Notes: generated from the sequence alone by a model not told the origin. DNA of 34,580 nucleotides from Candidatus Methanomethylicia archaeon (GCA_038727515.1 JAVYVS010000007.1:1-34580), one strand, 5' to 3'; numbered from the stretch's first letter, positions 1 through 16,045 are shown. Numbers and translations are program-made.

Positions 1-2
1 GT

Positions 3-734
3 GGAAATATGGATGAAGGTTGGACTAGATGGCTTCTTGAACACTTTAGATTTCCAGTGCAGGTGGTAATGGATAATGATATTAAAAGTGGTGAACTAAC
101 TAAGAAAATTGATGTACTGATTTTTGCAGATGATAGTACTGCAATAATTTTAGGTGAAAGTAAAGAAGCTGTGGAGAAGGCTTTAACTGAAAGATTTAAG
201 AGACCTGTCTTCCTACCTCCAATACCTCCAGAATATATGAGTGGAATTAAGAAGGATGGTGTTGAGAAAGTTAGGGAATTTGTTGTTAATGGTGGAACCA
301 TTTTAACCTTTAATAATGCTTGTGAGTTTGCTATTGAAACTTTAAAGTTAAAGTTGAATAATGTGGCTAAGAATCTTGATCCAAAGACCTTCTTCTGTCC
401 TGGTTCCGTCCTCAAAGTTAACGTTGATATTACGCATCCACTATGTTATGGTATGCCAAGATCTTCAAAAGTCTTCTTCTATGATAGTCCGATAATAGAG
501 ATTTTACCAACATTCTATAGTGAACAATATGAAGCTCCAGTAACCTACCCTGAGAGGGATATAAAGTCTAGTGGTTGGCTTATTGGTGAAAGCTACTTGT
601 CACGTAAACCTGCTCTAATAGTTGCTAAAGAAGGTAAGGGTAAAGCTATTCTCTATGCCTTTAGACCACAATTCAGAGCTCAAACGCATGCAACCTTCAA
701 ATTAATATTCAATGCCCTATACATGTACTCTTAG
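3..734 (+). CDS. C-terminal part of an M14-family zinc carboxypeptidase-like protein (class I glutamine-amidotransferase-like C-terminal domain); 5'-truncated by window edge
   Basis: Frame is open from the window start (GN-MDEGWTRW). The MDEGWTRWLLE, FVxxGGT, HPLxYG and FRPQFRAQTHATFKLIFNAL motifs are typical of the C-terminal region of large M14 peptidase-like proteins. Confidence 0.65.
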   Translation, partial: GNMDEGWTRWLLEHFRFPVQVVMDNDIKSGELTKKIDVLIFADDSTAIILGESKEAVEKALTERFKRPVFLPPIPPEYMSGIKKDGVEKVREFVVNGGTILTFNNACEFAIETLKLKLNNVAKNLDPKTFFCPGSVLKVNVDITHPLCYGMPRSSKVFFYDSPIIEILPTFYSEQYEAPVTYPERDIKSSGWLIGESYLSRKPALIVAKEGKGKAILYAFRPQFRAQTHATFKLIFNALYMYS

Positions 735-1147
735 AAAATCTCTCCTCTATCAATTAATTTTTCCAATAATTTTTTTGTTGTTTCCGTTGTTTCTATATTT
801 TCTAGTTCTTTCTTTGAAAACCATTTTACATCTAATGCATCTGTTGATGGCATTGGTTCTCCACTAATCCTTTTCACTCTATAGTCCAGTATTATGTAGT
901 GGTATTTTACTTTTTCATCATCCTTTATAATTAATTCATATATGTCTTCTAAATCTAGAACTTCAACTTCCAATTTTGTTTCTTCAAGAATTTCTCTTTT
1001 CAAAGCATCTTTAATGTTTTCTCCAAGTTTAACTTTTCCTCCAGGTATAGTCCATAAACCCTTATTTGGTTCAGCAGCCCTTTTTATCAATAATATTCTT
1101 CCATTTTCTATTAGTATTCCACCTACTCCCACTATTGGATACTTCAA
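731..1147 (-). CDS. NUDIX hydrolase (ADP-ribose pyrophosphatase-like)
   Basis: Nudix box GGKVKLGENIKDALKREILEETKL; N-terminal PIVGVGG; 4-nt overlap with the purA stop. Confidence 0.92.
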   Translation of the reverse strand: MKYPIVGVGGILIENGRILLIKRAAEPNKGLWTIPGGKVKLGENIKDALKREILEETKLEVEVLDLEDIYELIIKDDEKVKYHYIILDYRVKRISGEPMPSTDALDVKWFSKKELENIETTETTKKLLEKLIDRGEIF

Positions 1148-2172
1148 TATACACCCTCTTCTCTTAAATCTATTATATCATAAACTTCAGGTCCTGTTCC
1201 AATTAATGTAATAGGCACTTTTAATTGTTCTTCTATTTCCCTTATGAATTGTTTTGCTTCTTTAGTTAAATCTTGATATCTTCTTATACCTCTACATTCT
1301 GGGAATATGGAATCCAATTTTGTTATCGCTATTTGTGTTGCACTATTAAGCATTACTGCCCTCTTAGCATATTCTATGTTGAAGGGAGCTGCTCTTCTAA
1401 TTCTTCCCGTTACTGTAGCTCTCTCAATCCATCCTCTCTTCTCAATTTCTTCTGGTGTTAATTCGTTTTCTAATGGTCCTTCTCCAACTCTTGTTACATA
1501 TGATTTAAATACTACTAAGACTTCATCAACCTTTTTAGGTCCTACACCAACTTCACTACATACTGCTGATGCTATTGTATCTCTACCAGTTACGTAGGGA
1601 TATGTACCATGATATAGGGATAGGAATGTTGCTTGTGTACCTTCAATTATCACCTTTTTTCCATCTTCCAATGCTCTATTTACTTCTAATGCTACATCAG
1701 TTATATATGGTTTTAATTCTGGGATATCTCTTGCTAACTTTGATCTTCTTCTAACTCTATCTGCTATTGCAGGTCCAACACCTTGCCCCGTTGTACCTAT
1801 ATTTTTTGATAGGTGTGTATCTGTTTTATCTTCTTGTATATGGTGTTCTTCTATTATTGATGCTTGTGCATCTACTCCAATTCTATTATGGGTTTTCGTT
1901 AGCTCTATTTCCTCCAGTAATATCTTTACATTTATGTTTGCTCCAGCTGCTATTAATAATCTTGCTTTTTCATATGTGAAGGCGCTTGGCATCATCCTAA
2001 GCTTATATGTATTGTTATTCCATACGACTGTATGTCCAGCATTTACTGATCCAGTTCTAACTGCTATATCTATTTTATCTTTTAATGCTAGGTATGATAC
2101 TATCTTCCCTTTTCCTTCATCTCCAAAGAATCCTCCAACAACCACTGTTAATGGCATTTTATCACCCTTCAC
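1144..2172 (-). CDS. purA: Adenylosuccinate synthetase (short archaeal type)
   Basis: GGFFGDEGKGK, NAGHT, IGTTGQGVGP, EGTQ, HGTYPYVT, TVTGRIRR and TKLD motifs; about 340 aa as in archaeal PurA. True start probably at MPLTVVVG. Confidence 0.97.
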   Translation of the reverse strand: MKGDKMPLTVVVGGFFGDEGKGKIVSYLALKDKIDIAVRTGSVNAGHTVVWNNNTYKLRMMPSAFTYEKARLLIAAGANINVKILLEEIELTKTHNRIGVDAQASIIEEHHIQEDKTDTHLSKNIGTTGQGVGPAIADRVRRRSKLARDIPELKPYITDVALEVNRALEDGKKVIIEGTQATFLSLYHGTYPYVTGRDTIASAVCSEVGVGPKKVDEVLVVFKSYVTRVGEGPLENELTPEEIEKRGWIERATVTGRIRRAAPFNIEYAKRAVMLNSATQIAITKLDSIFPECRGIRRYQDLTKEAKQFIREIEEQLKVPITLIGTGPEVYDIIDLREEGVY

Positions 2173-2581
2173 CTCTCCTAATCAACTTATCTATTATCTT
2201 TTCCATTTCTTCTTCCTTAATCCTTTCAGGGGTCCACCTATATTTTGTTTCTCTTATAGCTTTATCTCCAATGAGTTTTCTCAAGGTTATTTCATAAGCT
2301 TTTAATCTTTCGTTATCTACTTCTATACATCTCTGCCAGTATGGGCATTGACTTATGGAGCATTTACTTTGGCATGTAACCTTATATTTTCCTTCACCAA
2401 TATCTTCTACTATTATTCTTGGTGGGCATACTACTGTTTCAAATGTAAATATTATTTTCCCATTATCCACTTCTTCCTTTAATGATGCTCCAAACATTAT
2501 TTTTGCAGCTTCTCTAAGGGTTTCAATAGATGCTTCTACTACCAATTCCCCCTTTAATTCCATTCCCTTTATATACATCAC
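2162..2581 (-). CDS. Hypothetical protein with Cys cluster (Cx3Cx4Cx5C)
   Basis: 139-aa ORF with AGGTGA RBS, codon usage like neighbouring minus-strand genes, overlapping the purA start region. Confidence 0.75.
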   Translation of the reverse strand: MMYIKGMELKGELVVEASIETLREAAKIMFGASLKEEVDNGKIIFTFETVVCPPRIIVEDIGEGKYKVTCQSKCSISQCPYWQRCIEVDNERLKAYEITLRKLIGDKAIRETKYRWTPERIKEEEMEKIIDKLIRRGEG

Positions 2582-2594
2582 CTACCATTATTTT

Positions 2595-2658
2595 TGGCGT
2601 CAGCCCGCCCATCGAGTTTCATCGTTTTCACTCAATAGGTTGCGTTCTTCATCCGCCA
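2595..2658 (-). ncRNA. Box C/D guide sRNA (predicted guide for 16S rRNA Cm1402, E. coli numbering)
   Basis: GC-rich 64-nt island in an AT-rich intergenic region. Minus strand reads UGGCG-G-AUGAAGA(C box)-ACGCAACCUA-UUGA/GUGA(D')...GAUGA(C')...CGAUGGGCGGG-CUGA(D box)-CGCCA, with a 5-bp terminal stem. Confidence 0.85.
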
Positions 2659-2725
2659 TTAATTATTTATTTTGAAAAGAGTTAAATTTTGCTTTTGTAT
2701 ATGTTTTATTGTCATGGTGTTTAAT

Positions 2726-3445
2726 ATGCTTGAAAGAGTTTCAACTGGTATTTCAAAGCTTGATGATATTATTGGTGGAGGTTTTATTAAGGGGAGAACT
2801 TATTTAATTGCTGGTGGAACTGGTACTGGAAAAACTATAATGTCTCTTCAATATCTATTGCATGGTTTAAAGCGTAATGAAACTTGTGTATATATTTCTT
2901 TTGATGATCGTATATCAAATGTTTTAATTGGTGCATTAAATATTGGTTGGGATTTTAATCAGTATATTAGGTCTGGAAACTTTATACCCTTTGAAATTAG
3001 ATTGAAAACTGAAGATTTAAAGCATGGGAAGGAGTCAAAATCTTTTGTTAAACATATATTGCAGTATACTGGTAAGAAGAAGATTGATAGACTTGTTTTA
3101 GATCCAATTTCATCTCTTGCTCAAGGAGTTGGAGATCTCTTGTGGGTTAGAGAATACGTGAGAGAGATTGTTAGTTATATTGAGGAGGAAATAGGTTCTA
3201 CAACCCTTTTAACTGCTGATATACCTAGTGGTTCAACTTCCCTTAGTAGGTATGGTGTTGAAGAATTTATTTCTTCAGGTATAATTGTCTTGGATATATT
3301 GGAAGTTGGACATAAATTGTTTAGAGTGTTATATGCACGTAAAATGAGGTGGTCTCCGATTGATATGAGTAAATATGTTTTCGATATAGTTCCCGGTGAA
3401 GGTATAGTGGTTCTTGGACGTTTATCGGATGTTCTTCAAAGTTGA
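2726..3445 (+). CDS. KaiC/RAD55-like RecA-superfamily ATPase (single domain)
   Basis: RVSTGISKLDDIIGGG, Walker A GGTGTGKT, RLVLDPIS, YGVEEF and KMRWS motifs. Start placed at ATG 2726 (MLERVSTG) rather than 2672. Confidence 0.9.
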   Translation: MLERVSTGISKLDDIIGGGFIKGRTYLIAGGTGTGKTIMSLQYLLHGLKRNETCVYISFDDRISNVLIGALNIGWDFNQYIRSGNFIPFEIRLKTEDLKHGKESKSFVKHILQYTGKKKIDRLVLDPISSLAQGVGDLLWVREYVREIVSYIEEEIGSTTLLTADIPSGSTSLSRYGVEEFISSGIIVLDILEVGHKLFRVLYARKMRWSPIDMSKYVFDIVPGEGIVVLGRLSDVLQS

Positions 3446-3492
3446 TAATAGATTTATTTTCAATTTCCTATTTTCTAGTGGTGTAAATTTTT

Positions 3493-4290
3493 ATGATGAA
3501 TTTAAATTGGAGTTTAGTTTCCGAATATATTTGTAATGGTATTAGGTCTTTCATTCCAGATTGGGCTAGGGGTGTGGTGGTGGGTTTAAGTGGTGGTTTA
3601 GATTCATCTGTTGTAGCTTATCTATGTGTAAAGGCTTTGGGACCTGAAAGGGTTTTAGGTTTACTTCTTCCAGATTCTGATGTCACTCCAAAAGTTGATT
3701 TTGATGATGCCTTGATGATTGTTAGGAATTTGGGGATTCAATATAGAGTTTTAGATATAAAACCTATTGTTAAAGCTTTTTATGATCCCCTAAGTTGTTT
3801 TGGACCTCCATCTAAACTTGCCATTGGAAATTTGAGGGCTAGAATTAGAATGTGTATAAACTACTATTTCGCTAATCTTGAGGGTTGGATTGTTGCTGGT
3901 TGTGGTGATAAAAGTGAAATTCTACTTGGATACTTCACTAAATATGGTGATGGTGGATGCGACTTCCTACCTATAGGGTCCCTATATAAGACTCAAGTTA
4001 GAAAGCTCGCAAGCTTTCTAGGTGTCCCTCAAAGGATTGTTGAAAAGCCAAGTAGCCCAGCTTTATGGCCTGATCATTTTGCTGAAAATGAACTTGGATA
4101 TTCTTATCAATTCATTGATCCAATACTTCATCTACTTGTAGATCGAGGTTTAAGTCCAATTGAAGTTTCTTCTAGGCTTAATGTGAATCTTGATGATGTA
4201 ATTAAAATTAAGAATAGAGTTGATTCTTCAAATCATAAACGTTCCTTCCCAAAAATAATAGAAATACCTTTAAACGTCTTGTATGGTTAA
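3493..4290 (+). CDS. nadE: NH3-dependent NAD+ synthetase
   Basis: GLSGGLDS PP-loop, GNLRARIRM, DKSE, GYFTKYGDG, LYKTQV and KPSSPALW motifs. Confidence 0.97.
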   Translation: MMNLNWSLVSEYICNGIRSFIPDWARGVVVGLSGGLDSSVVAYLCVKALGPERVLGLLLPDSDVTPKVDFDDALMIVRNLGIQYRVLDIKPIVKAFYDPLSCFGPPSKLAIGNLRARIRMCINYYFANLEGWIVAGCGDKSEILLGYFTKYGDGGCDFLPIGSLYKTQVRKLASFLGVPQRIVEKPSSPALWPDHFAENELGYSYQFIDPILHLLVDRGLSPIEVSSRLNVNLDDVIKIKNRVDSSNHKRSFPKIIEIPLNVLYG

Positions 4291-4317
4291 AAACTATTTA
4301 CATTTTTGAATGTATGT

Positions 4318-4366
4318 CAACTTTATATATTTGTTTTAAATTAGTTTTTCAATGTTGTGGGGGTGA
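4318..4366 (+). promoter_or_regulatory. Putative TATA box (TTTATATA, 4322-4329) and RBS (GGGGTGA, 4360-4366) of pyrG
   Basis: Archaeal TATA consensus about 45 nt upstream of the TTG start at 4371; strong SD-like sequence 4 nt before the TTG. Confidence 0.55.
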
Positions 4367-4370
4367 ATGA

Positions 4371-6294
<1,924 letters not shown>

Positions 6295-6432
6295 TTAGTA
6301 CACCTTTCACCTATTAAATACTATTAATTTATTTATTACCTTTATTTATTTAAAGTGTTTCCTCCTATATTCTATATTAATTCCTCATTTAGAAAGATAT
6401 TAGTTTATGATGTATCTACATTTACTTTGATT

Positions 6433-7308
6433 ATGCTTCCCATAGATGTATTTAAGTCTTTAAGAGATGAAGATTTCAGTCTCTTAAGAATTATAGAGTC
6501 TAGGATGAACAATTTCTTATATGTCCCTCTAGACCTCATAATTTCTGATTCTGGTTTTAGTAGAAGTTTTGTTTTAGATTCTCTTAAAAGGATGCATGAT
6601 TATGGCCTTTTATTATATAAGAGGATTCCATATGAAGGTTATTTATTGACATACCCCGGTTATGATGTTTTAGCTATGAAATTTCTTGTGGATTCAGATT
6701 TTGTAACTGCTTTTGGTGGTGTTTTAGGTGTTGGTAAAGAATCTGATGTATATATTGGATTTACACCTGTAAATGAAACTGTTGTTTTAAAGTTTCATCG
6801 GTTAGGAGCTGTTAATCTTCATAATGTTAGTAGGATTAGAGGTTATTTAACTGATAGTAGAAAGCTTCCTTGGATTTTTAGATCTAAGATTTCTGCCGCT
6901 AGAGAATTTAAAATTCTTAAGGCAGTGTTTAAAGCTGGTATTAAAGTTCCCATGCCTATAATATGTGATAGGCATGTTGTTGTAATGTCTTATGTTGATG
7001 GTGATTTATTATATGTATGTGATTTTTTATCGGACCCTATGGATCTTTTCAATATGATTTTAGATGAAGTGCGTTTACTATATTTTAAGGGTGGTTATGT
7101 TCATGGTGATTTATCCGAATATAACGTTATTGTAACTCCAGATTTGAAACCTGTAATTATTGATTGGCCTCAAGCCATAGAAGTTAGTAATCCTTCTGCT
7201 AGAATGCTTTTAGAAAGGGATATAAGTAATATTGTGAATTTTTTCATTAAGAGGTTTAAGTTAAATTTAAGATTTGAAGATTCACTAACATATGTCTTAA
7301 GTGGGTAG
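6433..7308 (+). CDS. rio2: RIO2 atypical Ser/Thr kinase
   Basis: N-terminal wHTH (GYLLTYPGYDVLA), GVGKESDVY, LKFHRLG, VHGDLSEYNV and IIDWPQ motifs. Start likely ATG 6433 rather than GTG 6355. Confidence 0.93.
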   Translation: MLPIDVFKSLRDEDFSLLRIIESRMNNFLYVPLDLIISDSGFSRSFVLDSLKRMHDYGLLLYKRIPYEGYLLTYPGYDVLAMKFLVDSDFVTAFGGVLGVGKESDVYIGFTPVNETVVLKFHRLGAVNLHNVSRIRGYLTDSRKLPWIFRSKISAAREFKILKAVFKAGIKVPMPIICDRHVVVMSYVDGDLLYVCDFLSDPMDLFNMILDEVRLLYFKGGYVHGDLSEYNVIVTPDLKPVIIDWPQAIEVSNPSARMLLERDISNIVNFFIKRFKLNLRFEDSLTYVLSG

Positions 7309-7316
7309 TTTAATTT

Positions 7317-9386
7317 GTGGTGTTATGCTTGAGTAATGTTTTAACTTTTGGCGTTGATTTAATGCCCATGTCTATGCCCTCAAGCAAACTTCAACCTAGG
7401 TATGCTTTAGTTGTGCTAGATGGTGATAAAGTTGTTTCTAGATTTGAAAATGTTAGTAGGATGAAGCTTATAAGATTGTTGTGGAAGTTTAAACCCTCTA
7501 TGATTGCCATTGATAACGTATATGAATTTGCTTCTTCAAATTCAAAACTTATAAGATTCTTTAGATATTTGCCTGAGGGTGTTAAGATTATTCAGGTTAC
7601 TAGGGTTTTAGGAGGCTTTAAACCTTTACCTCTTTTAGCTAGGGATTATGGTTTATATGATGGTGGAGGTAAACTTAATCCTATTATGGCTGCTGAACTT
7701 TCAGCTAGACTAGCTATTTTAGGTGTTGGATCTGAAGTATCTTATCTGAAGGGTGAAACAAGGATACTTGTTTGTAGGGGTAGGAGGATTGGTGAAGGTG
7801 GTATGAGTGAAGATAGATATGAAAGGAAGATTAGAACTTCAGTTTACAATGTTGCTATGAATATTAAATCCACATTGGATTCTAAGGGATTTGAGTATGA
7901 TGTATTCTTTAATAAAAGGGGGTTTGGAATTGATAGATGTCTATTCATTGTTTATGCTTCTAAAGATTCATTAGGGAGTTTAATTAAAAATATAGATTTA
8001 GGTGACGTGCAAATTAGAGTTTTCGAAGAATCCTCTCAAAAGATTCTATTTAAACCTATAGGTGAATCTAAAAGTAATATTACTAGTGGAAGAGAGCACC
8101 TCATTATTGGTTTAGATCCAGGTATAATTACTGGTTTAGCTATAATTGATTTGGATGGGAAGTTATTGTACGTTAATAGTAAGAGGAATTGGAGTAGAAA
8201 TGATATTATCTCTGAAATTATGAAGTTTGGTGATCCCATACTTATTGCTACTGATGTTCATCCACCTTCATCTTTTGTTGTTAAAATGGCATCTATTTTA
8301 GGTGCAAAGATAGCTGAATTTGGTAGAAGTTTAAGTATATCTGAGAAGAGGGAGATTATTTCTAGGTATATTGAGGATTATAATCTAAATCTCGATTTAA
8401 ATGTTCATGAGAAAGATGCACTCTCTGCAGCGTTAAAAGCTTTTTATGGATTTAAAACTTTATTTAGTAAAGCTGAAGCTCATGCTCTAGAATTAGGTTT
8501 TGAGGGTTCTCATAAAGCTTTACGTGCATTGTTAATTAAGGGGTATAATATTAAACAAGCTATTGAAATGTTGATGGAATTAAAGAGTCCTAAGGAATCT
8601 GTTGAAATTGAAGTTGAAAATTCAAGTGTTAAATCTAGTTTGGATAATAAAGTTATTGAAGATTTAAAGCGTAGACTTTCATTGGAGGAAGAGAAGGTTA
8701 AGAATATATCTTTACAGAGAGATGAGCTTATGCTTGAAGTTTCAAAATTGAAAGCTGAAATTGAAAGGTTAAATTCTATTTTGAATGCAATGAGTAATGA
8801 ATTGAATTATAAGCTTAAGAAGGATCGTGAAATAGCTTCTCTAGAATTAAGATTAAATGAGCTTCAATCACACTACTTAAATATTAAATCTGAATGTGAA
8901 ACGCTTAGATCTAAAGTTGAAAATTGGCATAACTTCTTCTTAAGTGTAATTAAGGGTGAAATTATAGTTTTAAAGTATGTTAAGAATTTAACTGTTGATG
9001 ATGTTAATAACTCTATAAGAACATACAATATTTGTAGAGGTGATGTGGTTTTCATATCTGATTTTAGTGTTTTTGAAGTTGAAGCTTTAAAGAAGCTTTT
9101 AGATGTTGGATGTTCATGTATAATTGGTTTCTCTCCACCTAAACATGTTTCTGAAGCTTTTGAAGATCTTGAAATACCATTTATTGATGCCTCCAGTATT
9201 CAATTAAAGTTTTTTGAGGGATATCCATATGTTAATGCAAATGTTCTAAAAGATTCTTTGATTAAAGCTAGAAATGAATTAATGGAGAAATCCTCCATTA
9301 AACGTAGGGAAAAGTTTAAACAATTATTCGATGAGTATAGGAAGATGCGTTTAAAGGAATTAGAAAAGCTCGATTCCCCCCTCTAA
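7317..9386 (+). CDS. DUF460-family protein (RNase H-like domains plus long coiled coil)
   Basis: IAIDNVYE, GGMSEDRY, LIIGLDPGIITGLAIIDLDG, IATDVHP and HEKDAL motifs; C-terminal coiled coil. Exact start uncertain. Confidence 0.85.
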   Translation: MVLCLSNVLTFGVDLMPMSMPSSKLQPRYALVVLDGDKVVSRFENVSRMKLIRLLWKFKPSMIAIDNVYEFASSNSKLIRFFRYLPEGVKIIQVTRVLGGFKPLPLLARDYGLYDGGGKLNPIMAAELSARLAILGVGSEVSYLKGETRILVCRGRRIGEGGMSEDRYERKIRTSVYNVAMNIKSTLDSKGFEYDVFFNKRGFGIDRCLFIVYASKDSLGSLIKNIDLGDVQIRVFEESSQKILFKPIGESKSNITSGREHLIIGLDPGIITGLAIIDLDGKLLYVNSKRNWSRNDIISEIMKFGDPILIATDVHPPSSFVVKMASILGAKIAEFGRSLSISEKREIISRYIEDYNLNLDLNVHEKDALSAALKAFYGFKTLFSKAEAHALELGFEGSHKALRALLIKGYNIKQAIEMLMELKSPKESVEIEVENSSVKSSLDNKVIEDLKRRLSLEEEKVKNISLQRDELMLEVSKLKAEIERLNSILNAMSNELNYKLKKDREIASLELRLNELQSHYLNIKSECETLRSKVENWHNFFLSVIKGEIIVLKYVKNLTVDDVNNSIRTYNICRGDVVFISDFSVFEVEALKKLLDVGCSCIIGFSPPKHVSEAFEDLEIPFIDASSIQLKFFEGYPYVNANVLKDSLIKARNELMEKSSIKRREKFKQLFDEYRKMRLKELEKLDSPL

Positions 9387-10586
9387 TATGATCCTTGTTA
9401 TGTTAGTTATCTTATTTAATTCCTCCAAAATTATTCCTTCGATTTCCCCCCTCATACTTTCAGTCATTTTGTAACCGTTTTGTAGAAGTGTTTCTATGGA
9501 TACGTGTAGTGGATTATTTATTGGTCTACCAATTTGACCCAATATTTTTACATATACTTCCCTTATCCCCTTTACCTCTTCATATATTTTATTGGCAATT
9601 ATTTTTGCAAGTACATTATATATCTTTCCAATATGACTTACTGGGTTTTTCCCTGCTGTAGCTTCCATGGACATGGGTCTACATGGAGTTATTAACCCAT
9701 TAACTCTATTTCCCCTTCCAGTATTTCCATCATCTCCACTTTCAGCAGATGTTCCAGTTACAGTTATGTATACTAATCCCTTATCTATGTTGTCTGCCGT
9801 ATTCACATATACCTTTACTGGTAAATCTGTTATTTTACATGCTAAATCCTCTACATTACTCTTTATTTCTTCTTTTACGCTGATATAATGGTCTATGTCT
9901 GGTGTTAATTGACTTATTATTGCGGCTGCTATTGTTAATTCTATTTCCTTACCCCTCCTAAGCCCCATAACCTTTATGTCTTCTCCAACTTCAGGTAGCT
10001 TTCTTTTAAAATCCTTTGAGTTAAGCATTTTTTCAGTATTATAAACTAGTTTCTCAGTGTCTGTTAGTGGTGCAAAGGATACTCCAAAGGATGTATCATT
10101 ACATAATGGTATATCCTTACCTAATTGGAATAATCCTCTTAAATCTATTGATCCAGGTCTTATCTTGTAATCCACAATTACATGTTCATCTGGATTTAGG
10201 AATCTAAAGTTTTTCCTTATGAATTCCTTTATGGCATTTACAGCTAGGTATCCTACTGGTATCATCGTCACCTCATTATCTTTCACTATTTCATTTACGG
10301 CTCTTCCAGCTACTATTATGTATATTGGTTCATCTACAGTTCCACCGCCAAATTTTGGTGATGCTCTTCCTCCAACTAATAATCCTTTATCTACATTGTG
10401 ATGTAATATTGTGTTAAATGTTTTCATGTAATATTTTGATAATGCTAAGCTTACACTTTCTGCTGATGCATCTATTATGTAATCTGGATGTCCAATACCC
10501 TTTCTTTCAACCATTTCTATTTGTAATTCTTCAGTGGGTGTTTTTCTAATTTCTTCGATAGTTATGTTTCTTTTCATAGGAATCAC
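9360..10586 (-). CDS. mat: Archaeal S-adenosylmethionine synthetase
   Basis: [52 protein letters not shown] and [14 protein letters not shown] motifs. Confidence 0.97.
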   Translation of the reverse strand: MIPMKRNITIEEIRKTPTEELQIEMVERKGIGHPDYIIDASAESVSLALSKYYMKTFNTILHHNVDKGLLVGGRASPKFGGGTVDEPIYIIVAGRAVNEIVKDNEVTMIPVGYLAVNAIKEFIRKNFRFLNPDEHVIVDYKIRPGSIDLRGLFQLGKDIPLCNDTSFGVSFAPLTDTEKLVYNTEKMLNSKDFKRKLPEVGEDIKVMGLRRGKEIELTIAAAIISQLTPDIDHYISVKEEIKSNVEDLACKITDLPVKVYVNTADNIDKGLVYITVTGTSAESGDDGNTGRGNRVNGLITPCRPMSMEATAGKNPVSHIGKIYNVLAKIIANKIYEEVKGIREVYVKILGQIGRPINNPLHVSIETLLQNGYKMTESMRGEIEGIILEELNKITNITRIILEGGIELF

Positions 10587-10642
10587 AATTTTAATATTAA
10601 ATTTAGATACACCCTTTTACTTTTATCCTTTTCTTTTACTGT

Positions 10643-10885
10643 TTACGTCCATATTACTTGTGTACTATCTAGTTTTACGTATAGTATATTGTTTCCCCTT
10701 ATGAATATTCTACCATACTTTGCTATCGTTGTTCCATTGTTTACTTCTTCTGCATCTACAATTATTAAGTTCATGTTTACATCGCATTTTTCAAGTATCC
10801 CTGTGTATTCATCGCCGCTTTTAAGTTTAACTGTAATCTTTGTGTTTACTGCGCGTCCCAATAGTTTTATTGGTGTAATCTTCAA
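10643..10885 (-). CDS. Sm-like (Lsm/SmAP) RNA-binding protein
   Basis: Sm1 motif VKLKSGDEYTGILEKCDVNMNL and Sm2 motif IFIRGNNILYV; GAGGT RBS. Confidence 0.93.
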   Translation of the reverse strand: MKITPIKLLGRAVNTKITVKLKSGDEYTGILEKCDVNMNLIIVDAEEVNNGTTIAKYGRIFIRGNNILYVKLDSTQVIWT

Positions 10886-10964
10886 GCGTCTTACCTCTCA
10901 TTTACATAATGATGTAATGTGCTTCTAACTTTTAAGTATATATTTTGCTTATATAACTTTCTCT

Positions 10965-11519
10965 TTAATTACTTACCTTTTTAAGCTTTATGATTATATC
11001 CTTTGTAACTTTATCATTTATTCCCATGATTTTTAGATTTGATTGTTGAATCTCCTTTAATGCTTCTTCCAATGTGAAATGGGATTTTGGATATGTTATT
11101 ATTGTAATTCCATTATTCTTTAATATCCTCTCTATTTCACTTATCACTTTATTCTTGTTTGGTATGTTTTGTATTACTGTTATCATTAATGCGAGATCTA
11201 TTGAATTATCTCTTATGGGTATGTTTTCTGCATCTGCATTTATCCATGAATAATTTAACTTGCCTCTAAATCTTTTTACAGCTTTTCTAAGCATCTTTAT
11301 TGATATATCTAATCCCACTGTAAATCTTGATTTTTTCAATCTTCTCTCAATTAAACCGGTCCCACAACCTATATCTATTATAACCTTATTTTCTACTGAG
11401 TTTACCTCCGATATTATCTCCCTATACTTCTCCCTTTGTTCCTCTCCATATAGTCTATCATATCCCTTATATGTTGAATTGTATTTTTCCATAATTTCCA
11501 TTTTCATTACTTTTTCCAT
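10965..11519 (-). CDS. Class I SAM-dependent methyltransferase
   Basis: IIDIGCGTG motif I, GLDIS, ADAENIP. Confidence 0.88.
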   Translation of the reverse strand: MEKVMKMEIMEKYNSTYKGYDRLYGEEQREKYREIISEVNSVENKVIIDIGCGTGLIERRLKKSRFTVGLDISIKMLRKAVKRFRGKLNYSWINADAENIPIRDNSIDLALMITVIQNIPNKNKVISEIERILKNNGITIITYPKSHFTLEEALKEIQQSNLKIMGINDKVTKDIIIKLKKVSN

Positions 11520-11544
11520 AAATTTAATCCAAAAACCTATTTAA

Positions 11545-12352
11545 TTGTTTGTTAATTATATTTTTGGGTCTCCCTTGGAATATACGTCTTCCCTCAAATT
11601 TCTTCATATGCCTAATTTTATGGATGCTGAAAAACTTTTGAAGGAGGGTCTTGAGAATAGAAGGATGATTATATTGATTGGTTCTTGTATTGTGGATTAT
11701 ATTGGTAGAGCTTCTTCAACTTTAACTCGTGGTGAAAGGCTTATTATAGTTAAATCCGATGGCTCTATTCAGATTCATAGACCTAAGGATGTTTCTCCAG
11801 TGAATTGGCAACCTCCTGGATGCATATTTCATGTGGAATCAACCGAGAATGAATTATGTTTTAAAGCTATTAGAAGTAAACCTCGAGAATATGTAAACAT
11901 AATTTTTGATAGTATCACCTTCATAGCTTGTTTTAATCTTTATGATGAAGGTGAATTTTCACTTTATGCTTCTGAATTGGATATGCAGAAGGCTATAATT
12001 GCTTCTCCAAGTATTATTGAAGATGGTCTTAAAATAATAAGTTTCGAGAGGCATGTTGATCCCGGCTTTATTGATCTTTATGGTATTGATTCTAAAGGTA
12101 GACTTGTAATTTTAGAGATAAAGAGGAGAATCGCTGATAAATCTGCAGTTTTACAATTGGCTAAATACGTTGATGAAGTTAAAGGTAGAAGCCCATATAG
12201 GGAGGTTAGAGGCATCCTTGTAGCTCCAGGTTTAGCTAAGGGTGTTCAAACTTTATTATCTTCCCTTGGACTTGAATTTAAACGTCTAGACCCTAAAAAG
12301 TGTGCTGAAATTTTAAGTAGATCTTCTGAGGGAATTGATCTAAAGAAATTTA

Positions 12353-12363
<11 letters not shown>
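11545..12363 (+). CDS. nucS: Endonuclease NucS/EndoMS (mismatch-specific)
   Basis: YIGRASSTL, IVKSDGSIQIH, PVNWQPPG, IDLYGID, EIKR and QLAKY motifs. Real start probably slightly downstream. Confidence 0.95.
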
Positions 12364-15976
<3,613 letters not shown>

Positions 15977-16045
15977 TGCTCTTTCATTATCATTACTTTC
16001 TTATAAAGTGAAATAAAAACTTCTCTCCATTTATCATCACAACGT

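Noticed and set aside
2726-3445. Circadian KaiC clock system
   Set aside because: Single-domain KaiC-like ATPases are common in archaea, and no KaiA/KaiB-like neighbours are present.
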